Of a stretch of DNA of 40,975 nucleotides, positions 17,057-24,742 are shown piece by piece. Below the pieces are notes generated by a model. The model saw nothing but the letters and a program-made list of their open reading frames with translations. It ran no database searches and was not told the DNA's origin. The translations under genes and the position numbers were made by a program. Each line of letters starts with the position of its first letter. The stretch's first letter is position 1. Source of the stretch: an uncultured Deferribacteres bacterium (GTDB lineage: Bacteria > Zhuqueibacterota > Zhuqueibacteria > Zhuqueibacterales > Geothermadaptataceae); contig CAXHAT010000055.1 of the NCBI GenBank assembly GCA_964014485.1, positions 1-40,975 on the forward strand, in the 5' to 3' direction.

Positions 17057-17554
17057 ATGCTCAAGACAAAAGATCAAGTGAAATCGATTGGCTCGGTGGA
17101 AGATTTGGAAAAGGCGATGAAGGAATTGGCCTTAGTACACTTCAAGCAACAGGAAGCTTTGGGAGAAATCAACGGCCAAATGTCAGAACTCAAGGAAAAA
17201 CTGGCGGCGAAAACCAAGCCGTTTTCCGAGCGCATCGCCGCGCTGAATATGATGATCGAGAACTACTGCACCGAGCAAAAAGCGGTGCTGTTCAATGAGA
17301 AAAAGCGCAGCCTGAAACTGCAATTCGGGCAGGTGGGTTTCAAGGCTTCGAAAGCGCTCGAAACCACGGAAAAGACGCTCAAAATTTTACTCAGCCTGCC
17401 GCTGAAAGTCAAAAAGATGTACTTGAAGATGACTCCCGCCATTGACAAGGCGGCGCTCAAAAAAGCGCCCGCCGAAGAGTTGAAAAAATACGACGCGAAA
17501 ATCGTTGAAAACGAGAATTTCTTCTGTAAGCCGAATCAAGTCGTCTCGGCCTGA
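17057..17554 (+). CDS. gam: Mu Gam-like host-nuclease inhibitor (DNA end-binding)
   Basis: Long N-terminal coiled coil, then LFNEKKRSLKLQFGQVGFKAS, IDKAALKK and C-terminal ENFFCKP, the pattern of the Mu Gam family; AGGAG RBS. Confidence 0.85.
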   Translation: MLKTKDQVKSIGSVEDLEKAMKELALVHFKQQEALGEINGQMSELKEKLAAKTKPFSERIAALNMMIENYCTEQKAVLFNEKKRSLKLQFGQVGFKASKALETTEKTLKILLSLPLKVKKMYLKMTPAIDKAALKKAPAEELKKYDAKIVENENFFCKPNQVVSA

Positions 17555-17579
17555 CGGGAGGACGGAAGGCGGAGAACAC

Positions 17580-17602
17580 AGGGGCGCGATGCTCGCGCCC
17601 TT
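17580..17602. repeat. REP-like hairpin
   Basis: GGGCGCGA-TGC-TCGCGCCC at 17582-17600. Confidence 0.65.
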
Positions 17603-17612
17603 TAAATGCGAG

Positions 17613-17774
17613 ATGAAGTACATCAAGATTGACCAATACGGACTGTTTCTATTCAAGTACCGCTTTGCCAACGAAGCCATGATGGAAAGAATTCGCAGAC
17701 AGCCGGAACCTGCAAAGCTTTATCATCACTACAAGCTTTTGGGTCTCAATATCTTCGTGAGACGAGAAAGGTGA
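17613..17774 (+). CDS. Small hypothetical protein
   Basis: MKYIKIDQYGLFLF...; stop overlaps the next GTG start. Confidence 0.5.
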   Translation: MKYIKIDQYGLFLFKYRFANEAMMERIRRQPEPAKLYHHYKLLGLNIFVRRER

Positions 17775-17965
17775 TTAAGAATATTCGAAAACGCATCCAG
17801 GCAATGCTCGATTTACAGGCCAAGTATAAAAGACGGGCGTATCTCAAGAGCATGTTTTCGCAAACAAATAACGGAGAGATCGCCAAGCATCATGAAGCGA
17901 AAATGCTTGCGATAAGCGCGGAATACGAAAAATACCGCTTCTGGTGGATGAAACCCTTGCAGTGA
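17771..17965 (+). CDS. Small basic hypothetical protein
   Basis: 64-aa ORF coupled to the previous gene (GTGA). Confidence 0.5.
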   Translation: MIKNIRKRIQAMLDLQAKYKRRAYLKSMFSQTNNGEIAKHHEAKMLAISAEYEKYRFWWMKPLQ

Positions 17966-18043
17966 CATCCCCCTGCCCCCCTTCAAAGGGGGAATTGGCA
18001 ACAGCCTACAGCCTAACAGTCTTTAGCCTAACAGCCTAAAAAC
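17965..18043. repeat. Family D element copy 2 (17965-17996) followed by a CTAACAGC array
   Basis: ACATCCCCCTGCCCCCCTTCAAAGGGGGAATT, then CAACAGCCTACAGCCTAACAGTCTTTAGCCTAACAGCCTAAAAAC-ATG. Confidence 0.95.
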
Positions 18044-21000
18044 ATGAAATCTTTCACCGATCCCAACACAATTTTGCAGCAGGAAAAGCGCAACAACGCC
18101 ACGTTTGTGGTGCGCATTGAACTGTTGCGGCAGTTTGCCGGGGCGATCAAGTCGCGCGACTCGGCGACGCAGATCACGCTCGAAGGCGACGCAACGGCAT
18201 TGTTGGCGAACGGCGAGGCTTTCGCGATCCCTTTGGACGATTTTTCTGACACACACACAATCACGGCAACCCCCTCCTACAACAGCGGAAGCGACGACAC
18301 GACGGTCGTATGCAGCGGCTCGTCGTTCGCCGCTTCCGGCCTGCCGGGATTGCACGTCGCGAAAAGGTACACGGTGAGCGGCGGCAACGTGGAGCGCTGC
18401 ATTGAGATCACGCCGCTCAAGTTCGAAATGGAAGGCGAGACGCTGAATGCGTGGCAGGCTTCGGAAGTCGATTTGGCGCTGGAGAACGGCGACGGCTTTT
18501 TTGCCAATTCAGCCGATACGGGGCTGTTTGACAACGACGACATTTTTTGGGCGCGCATTTATTTCGGCTGGAAAGGCGCGAGCGACCGCGTGCTCTATTT
18601 TGGCGGCACGGTTGACCGCGACGAAGGTGAAGACGACCGCTACGGCAAGCAGTTTCGGGTGACGGTTTTCGGGCATCTCAAGGAACTGGAGCGTTATCCC
18701 GGCTGGCTGATCAACGACCCGGCGCGCAAACTCCTGACCGTGCGCGGCTTCGACGTGTTGCAGGCGCAAACGTCCGCCGAATTTGTTGAAGGGCTTCGCG
18801 AATTCAAGTTCAATTTTCCGGCGAAAGACTTTTTGAGCGGGCTGGCGATCAACAGCGTCAGCGACGGCACGGAACCGGGCTGGCACGTGATTAAATTCCG
18901 TCCGCCCGACCTGTTTCAATATGACTACGGCGACTGGACGGAACTGACCGCCGGGCAGGAAGACGCGACGCTCACGGCTTCGCAGGGGCATTACGTCAAG
19001 GTCAACGCGCCGCGCGATTTCGACGTGGACATGCGCTACTTGCTGTTTCAGTCGGAGATCGACGGCGGCAAGACGCGGGCGGGCGCACGGGGAACCGCCA
19101 GCCTGCAAGCGGCCAACGGCGCAAAGCTCGATCTTGTGCATGACTTCCAGCACATTGTGCGCGTGAAAGGCGCGGCGAATACCGACTTGAGCTATGATCT
19201 CAACAATGACGCGCGCGTATTCAAAGCCGTTTTCGATGCGGCGAACGACGAGCTTTACCTGATCTCAAATCAAAAGTGGGAGAGCCTGGAATGCGTGCTC
19301 GATGCGGGCTTTGTCGGCGCGCTCGATTGGGATTATAGCAGCGGCTTTGACAATTTTAAAGCGCTTTCGGTGACGGACGGCACCAACGACTTTGCCCAGA
19401 GCGGCCTGGTCACATGGGATTTGCCGAGCGATTGGAACCGGACGGACATTGATTTCGGCGGGACGATTGAAGTCGTACGCGACGTATTTATCCTCCGCAT
19501 CACTTGCGCGAGCTACACGTCCGGCACGGCGAACGCCTACTTTGTCCGGCGCGGGCTGCGGCTGACGAGCGACGACGGGCTGGCGCTCGATCTCAAGGTC
19601 AGTCTGGCGACCCTTTCGCTCGAAGCGTTTGAATTGGACTTGATTGCGCTCAACGGCGCGAGCGAGACCGAAATTTCGACCTGGAAAACCAACCTTGCGC
19701 ATCATCAACTGGCGGAAAACATTCTCGACGCGACCGGCTACGGCGCGGGCAAGCGCACGCTCGATGAACTGAATTACAGTCTGAGCGCGCCCGTGATGAG
19801 CAACTACGGGCAGCCGCCCTATCCGGGCTTTCGCAAGACGGTCTCGGCGCTGGCGGTCGATACGAGCACAACGCCGGAAACGGTCTATCTCGGCATTGGC
19901 GACGAGCTTTGGAAGGTGACGGAAAAGAGCGAATTCGCGTTTCTGGATCGCCTGGACGGGCGGGAAGGCGTTGAGCAGGAGATTTTCCGACTGGCCTTCG
20001 ACGCGAGCGGCAACTTGCACGGCGTAGCGCGGCGGAAAAAAGAGCCGATTGTGACCGAGATCGGGCGCAGCATTTCAACGCAGGCGGTGGCGGCGACGGT
20101 TTTTCGCTCGACCGACTTGGCGACGATCACCGAACAAAACGCGATTGAAGCGTCCGGCGAGCCGAGGCTGGCTTCCGGCGAGTTTCAGTTTCGCGTCTCG
20201 ACCGGGCCGGGCGGGTTTTCCTATGTTGGTCAAAGCACATCGCCGGTCGTTGAAGCGGGCGAAAATCTCATTGTTCCCTATCCGAGCACATCGCACGGCC
20301 TGGTCAACAGCGGAGGGCACGCTTTTAATCGTACGTCCGGGCTGACTTCAGGCGTTACTGGCTTGAGCCTTAGTCATGAGCCAAGTTACCGCAAGGCGTT
20401 CGGCTTTTACCTGATCAATACGATAGATCAGGCGGATTATTTCCGGTTCGAGATGGGCGCGCCGGGCTTTTGCGTCTGGGATGACACGGACGAACAATGG
20501 GTTTTCTTTTATTGGGATAATCCGAATGATAGCCGCGTTTCGCTGGTCGATTATCAGGGAACGATCACCCATCACTTTGCACTCAACGACGTGACCCGCC
20601 AGATGCTTTCCGGCTGCATGGGCGACAATCACGACCTTTGGGTGGCGGAAATGCAGTGGGATAACTTCGGAGCGACCTTCCCTTCTGACTTATCGGAAGG
20701 AAAAATCGTCAAGGCCGATCTCGATACGACCAACGACTTTATCACGCAATTTAATTGCGCCATTGACAGTATTGAAGCCAGCCAGAGCTTGAGCGGCAAT
20801 CACGGCAGTTGGCCGAAGATTCGCAGTTGCACGATTCTGGAAATGTGCTTTCACAGCGTGGAGAATTCATTGCACGGCTGCATTCTCGACCGCTTTACCC
20901 TGCAATATCACTGGTTCGTTTACGACATCGCCAACGCGAAGCTCTACAGTTCGCAGACCGGAACCGGCTTCAACTTCAACGCCGGAATGCAACTCACCGG

Positions 21001-21814
21001 CTTCGTGCATAACACGGACGACGACAAGGTCTATTGCGTGGCCGTGGATCGCAGATACGAGACGCTGGAATCCGTGCTCTTGTGCGCCGATTTTGACGAT
21101 GCGAGAGCGGCGGGAAGCGAAATCCAGATCGAGCAGTGCAGCGTTGTGCTAGCCGGCGAGACGCAGCATCGCGCCGGGATCGTGGCGGGGTCGAACGGCA
21201 GGCTCTACGGCGTGAGCGGCGACCGGCAAAACGCCCTTTGGCAGTACGACGACAATTTCTATCCGCGCATGACGATTGCCGACCTCGGCGACAAGGATTT
21301 GCGCGAGACCCTGAACGATACGGTGCAAGTGCTCAACCGCACGATGCAGAGCCGGGCGGATCGCACCATTCGCGTGGTGGAGCGCGACAACTACGACGGC
21401 GAAAAGACTTTGTTTGAAGACAGGCACGTCATCCGGCTCGATCCCCTGAAAACGTGGCCGTATTATTATGATCGCGTCGAGGTGAATTGGAAGAATCCGG
21501 TCACGGATCAAAGCGGTTTGGCGGCGGCGGGTCAAGGCGGTTGGGAGCGGCGCGTGCTGGCGATTTCGAATGACTTAATTCAGTCGCGCGGCTTGGCGGA
21601 AGTCGCGGCGCAAGAGATTTTTGAGTACTTCAATCAACTGCGTCAGATGATCGAGACGGAGAACATCGCCCTGCTCGACTTGGAAGAGTACGACCGGATC
21701 AATTACATCATGAACACGGCGAACAGGGATATTTCGCGCAACGATTTTTTCAAGCTCGTCAGCCTGGAATTCGACCCGGAATCGCTGACGCTGACGACGC
21801 GGGGGGTGAAGTAA
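18044..21814 (+). CDS. Large tail-tip/hub protein with inserted beta-rich (propeller-like) domains
   Basis: 1256 aa after the tape measure gene; hub-like N- and C-terminal parts (YFGGTVD; ISNDLIQSRGLAEVAAQEIFEYF); no signal peptide. Confidence 0.7.
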   Translation: MKSFTDPNTILQQEKRNNATFVVRIELLRQFAGAIKSRDSATQITLEGDATALLANGEAFAIPLDDFSDTHTITATPSYNSGSDDTTVVCSGSSFAASGLPGLHVAKRYTVSGGNVERCIEITPLKFEMEGETLNAWQASEVDLALENGDGFFANSADTGLFDNDDIFWARIYFGWKGASDRVLYFGGTVDRDEGEDDRYGKQFRVTVFGHLKELERYPGWLINDPARKLLTVRGFDVLQAQTSAEFVEGLREFKFNFPAKDFLSGLAINSVSDGTEPGWHVIKFRPPDLFQYDYGDWTELTAGQEDATLTASQGHYVKVNAPRDFDVDMRYLLFQSEIDGGKTRAGARGTASLQAANGAKLDLVHDFQHIVRVKGAANTDLSYDLNNDARVFKAVFDAANDELYLISNQKWESLECVLDAGFVGALDWDYSSGFDNFKALSVTDGTNDFAQSGLVTWDLPSDWNRTDIDFGGTIEVVRDVFILRITCASYTSGTANAYFVRRGLRLTSDDGLALDLKVSLATLSLEAFELDLIALNGASETEISTWKTNLAHHQLAENILDATGYGAGKRTLDELNYSLSAPVMSNYGQPPYPGFRKTVSALAVDTSTTPETVYLGIGDELWKVTEKSEFAFLDRLDGREGVEQEIFRLAFDASGNLHGVARRKKEPIVTEIGRSISTQAVAATVFRSTDLATITEQNAIEASGEPRLASGEFQFRVSTGPGGFSYVGQSTSPVVEAGENLIVPYPSTSHGLVNSGGHAFNRTSGLTSGVTGLSLSHEPSYRKAFGFYLINTIDQADYFRFEMGAPGFCVWDDTDEQWVFFYWDNPNDSRVSLVDYQGTITHHFALNDVTRQMLSGCMGDNHDLWVAEMQWDNFGATFPSDLSEGKIVKADLDTTNDFITQFNCAIDSIEASQSLSGNHGSWPKIRSCTILEMCFHSVENSLHGCILDRFTLQYHWFVYDIANAKLYSSQTGTGFNFNAGMQLTGFVHNTDDDKVYCVAVDRRYETLESVLLCADFDDARAAGSEIQIEQCSVVLAGETQHRAGIVAGSNGRLYGVSGDRQNALWQYDDNFYPRMTIADLGDKDLRETLNDTVQVLNRTMQSRADRTIRVVERDNYDGEKTLFEDRHVIRLDPLKTWPYYYDRVEVNWKNPVTDQSGLAAAGQGGWERRVLAISNDLIQSRGLAEVAAQEIFEYFNQLRQMIETENIALLDLEEYDRINYIMNTANRDISRNDFFKLVSLEFDPESLTLTTRGVK

Positions 21815-22764
21815 TGGGCGCATCGATCAACGTGGTCGGCGGGGTTGAGAATCCGCGTTTTCTTTTGTTGGGGCCGGAGTTGAGTCCGAACGTCGGCTTT
21901 GAGGAAGATTTGACCGGCGTGGTCGGCGGCGCGGGAACGCGGGTGCAGGACAATGCGGCCCCGTTCGGCGATTACGTGCTCAAAATCGAAGACGATAACC
22001 CTGATTCGAGCGAAAGCGTGCAAATCACGGTCGAGACCGGCGCGGACGTAAAACAGCGCAAGTTTATCGCCTTGTGGTACGCCCGCAACGACGCGGACGA
22101 AGGCGACCAGATGATGCACGTCACGGTTCCGAACTTCTCCAACACGCCGGACTTGAACAAGGACGAAACGCTAGATCCCGCTTGGCGGCAGTTCGTGCAT
22201 GAGATCGTCGTTCCAGCGGACGCGACCGGGCAAAACGTGGTTTACGTCGTCAGTCCAACCGCCAGAGTTGAGGGCGTTGCAGGCGAGGGCGCGATCCGGT
22301 TGGACAATTTTCGCTTCCGCGAAATCTTCGACGAATACGAATTGCCGCTTGCGCCGCGCGGCGAGGCTTCGGAAGGCTTCCGGGAGGTGTTTCAGGCGCA
22401 AAACGAGCTTTTGAACGGCGCATTGCGCACCTATGTGACCGGCTATCGCTACTTTTACCAGGCGTTTTACCAGCGCTTGACGGCGGCGCAAGAAACACTC
22501 AGACGGCGCACGCTTTCACGCGCTCGCGACGTGCTGTTTTTCCCGCACATGGACGCGCAAATGAGTTACTTCGTACGCTGGGACGACGAGTTTGAAAGCG
22601 AGTGGTCGGACGGCATGGCCGAGCTTGGCCACGCCGGAAACGTGGCGCTGATCGGCACGGAACTCATTCCGGCGCTGCCTGCTGACGTAGTCGATCCGTT
22701 GACGGCGTATAATCCGCTCACCGAAGACCTGATTTTGGAAAACGGTGATGTCTTTATTGAATAG
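21814..22764 (+). CDS. Minor tail protein with a carbohydrate-binding-like insert (Dit-like candidate)
   Basis: ELSPNVGFEEDL...AWRQFVHEIVVPADAT...IRLDNFRFRE resembles a CBM4/9 jelly roll; TAATG coupling. Confidence 0.6.
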   Translation: MGASINVVGGVENPRFLLLGPELSPNVGFEEDLTGVVGGAGTRVQDNAAPFGDYVLKIEDDNPDSSESVQITVETGADVKQRKFIALWYARNDADEGDQMMHVTVPNFSNTPDLNKDETLDPAWRQFVHEIVVPADATGQNVVYVVSPTARVEGVAGEGAIRLDNFRFREIFDEYELPLAPRGEASEGFREVFQAQNELLNGALRTYVTGYRYFYQAFYQRLTAAQETLRRRTLSRARDVLFFPHMDAQMSYFVRWDDEFESEWSDGMAELGHAGNVALIGTELIPALPADVVDPLTAYNPLTEDLILENGDVFIE

Positions 22765-23029
22765 CGGAGAACGGAGGAAGATCGTGTTTGTTGGGCGGAA
22801 AATAAACGGCACTTGGCAGCATTTTGTTTTGGGCGTTGGCCTGGTCTTTTTGTCTCTGGCGCTGCACAAAATGATTTGGCCAGCGATTTACGTCCTGCTC
22901 ACGGTCGAATTGGTGCAGGCGGACGTTTTCGGATGGCGCAATCTTTTGAAGCTCGATACGTGGCACGATTTGCTCATCGATGCGCTCGGCGGAATCATTG
23001 GCTGGGCGGTTTGGTGGCTGGCCTTCTAA
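22745..23029 (+). CDS. Small membrane protein (VanZ-like)
   Basis: Three hydrophobic segments with the QHF...ELVQ...DLLIDALGG pattern. Confidence 0.6.
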   Translation: MMSLLNSGERRKIVFVGRKINGTWQHFVLGVGLVFLSLALHKMIWPAIYVLLTVELVQADVFGWRNLLKLDTWHDLLIDALGGIIGWAVWWLAF

Positions 23030-23045
23030 TATATAAGGAGTCGAT

Positions 23046-23789
23046 ATGAAAAAGCTCATTCTGATATTTTTGGCGTTGGCCGCGCCGCTCTTGGCGCAGG
23101 AAACGTCGCGCTACGAGATTAAATTGCGCTCTTCCGTGACCAATAAACTGGTCTCCGGGCGCGATGTTGACCTCTACCAGGGCGCAAGCAAGATTTACGA
23201 TCTCAGCGAATCGGCGAGCACGCCGGGCGTGTACTTCCACGCGGCGGTCGCCAACGGCGAATACGACGTTTGGGTCAACGGTTCCCTGTTCAAATCGGAC
23301 GTGTGGATCGGCGCGAACAAGGTGACGATTGTGGTGGATCATTTTGACGGCAACGGCCACATGACCGGCGCGGCGGTGGATGCGCTGGCGGATACGATGC
23401 AGGCGCGCGGAGTCAAGTTCGGCAACGACGTGGACGATCAGACGGTTGAACTCAACAACGACACTTTACGGGTGAAAGACGGCGGTCTGAGCACGGCAAA
23501 GCTGGCGAATAACGCTGTGACAAGCGTCAAGATCGCCGCCGATGCGGTTTCAATTCAGAAATTCAAGGGCGCGCTGTTGGAAGATCAGAGTTTTCAGGTC
23601 AGCGCCGACAGTCTGGTGATTGACTTAACAATTTACGGTCTGGCGAATCCGAAGGCGTTGATCACCAATAAAAGCGCTTGGCCCGGCTACGTCGCTTCGC
23701 TCTCGACGGCGCAAGTCGTGATCAAGCCTTATTTTCTCGGACAAGGCGACACGGTTACTTTTGACCTTTTGATTTTGGAGGAAAACTAA
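23046..23789 (+). CDS. Signal-peptide-bearing tail-fibre-like protein
   Basis: MKKLILIFLALAAPLLA/QE; fibre-type repeat LSTAKLANNAVTSVKIAADAVSIQK; AAGGAG RBS. Confidence 0.75.
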   Translation: MKKLILIFLALAAPLLAQETSRYEIKLRSSVTNKLVSGRDVDLYQGASKIYDLSESASTPGVYFHAAVANGEYDVWVNGSLFKSDVWIGANKVTIVVDHFDGNGHMTGAAVDALADTMQARGVKFGNDVDDQTVELNNDTLRVKDGGLSTAKLANNAVTSVKIAADAVSIQKFKGALLEDQSFQVSADSLVIDLTIYGLANPKALITNKSAWPGYVASLSTAQVVIKPYFLGQGDTVTFDLLILEEN

Positions 23790-24742
23790 TGCAGCATCTC
23801 AGAATTTGCCTCACGATTTTACTGGTTTTCTTGCTTCAGAACCTTAGCGCGCAGGACGTTGTCGTGCATGTGGACGGTGAAGTTTCCGCAAGCGGCGACG
23901 GTTTGACGCGGACGACGGCCTACAAGACGATTGCCGAAGCGGTCGCGCACGCGCCGGAACCGAATCAAATCCATATTTGGCCGTCAACTTATGCCGCGAT
24001 CACGGTGGACGTAACCGGAAAAGGCTCGATCAGCCGCCCGATGCGTTTTATTGGGCGCGAGGAGAATCTTGAGCGGGTTTCGATCTCCGGGGGTAACGAC
24101 ATTTTTCACGGTACGCTGCTGGCCAACAATAGTTTTATTCAAATCGAGAACATTGATATTTCGAGCACGGGCGAAGCGATCCGCTACTGTACCGCGACGC
24201 TGCGCTCGGTGAACCTGCATAGTGCGGGCAGGCCTTTCGACTGCGGAACGGGCACGGGAACGACAGACGCTTTTGCCGCTTATGACTGCCTGATCGTAGC
24301 CGATTTACAGAATCTTTACGTGATTCGCGCTTCGGCGATTAGGGTTTACAACAGCACGATTCGAACGACTGGGGCTGCGGGTACGAGTATGATGGCGGTC
24401 GTCAATGCCGGGAATAAGATTTTGAAGTTTATCAACTCAGTCATTTGGGGGTATGACAATACCCGAACGCTGGTGCCGAACGACGGCTATCAACCGAACA
24501 TCATCGAAGTGAGAAACTCACGTTTTTTTCAGGCGGATACGACTGGGCTGACTGGTATCTCCGGGGGCTTGAGTCCGGTCGTTGAGCAGATGTACAATGA
24601 GACGAATATGCAACTGACGCTTTCCGGGTCGCCCGACTTCACTTATGAATTGGGCGCATCTTCGCCGCTACGGAATTCCGGGGTGAATGGTGAAGTGATC
24701 GGGGTTATTTCGAAGGTTTCCGGCGTGAGGATCGGCAAATGA
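23789..24742 (+). CDS. Signal-peptide-bearing right-handed beta-helix protein (DUF1565/pectin-lyase-like)
   Basis: MQHLRICLTILLVFLLQNLSA/QD; SGDGLTRTTAYKTIAEAV...IHIWPSTY cap motif; C-terminal LGASSPLRNSG. Confidence 0.75.
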   Translation: MQHLRICLTILLVFLLQNLSAQDVVVHVDGEVSASGDGLTRTTAYKTIAEAVAHAPEPNQIHIWPSTYAAITVDVTGKGSISRPMRFIGREENLERVSISGGNDIFHGTLLANNSFIQIENIDISSTGEAIRYCTATLRSVNLHSAGRPFDCGTGTGTTDAFAAYDCLIVADLQNLYVIRASAIRVYNSTIRTTGAAGTSMMAVVNAGNKILKFINSVIWGYDNTRTLVPNDGYQPNIIEVRNSRFFQADTTGLTGISGGLSPVVEQMYNETNMQLTLSGSPDFTYELGASSPLRNSGVNGEVIGVISKVSGVRIGK

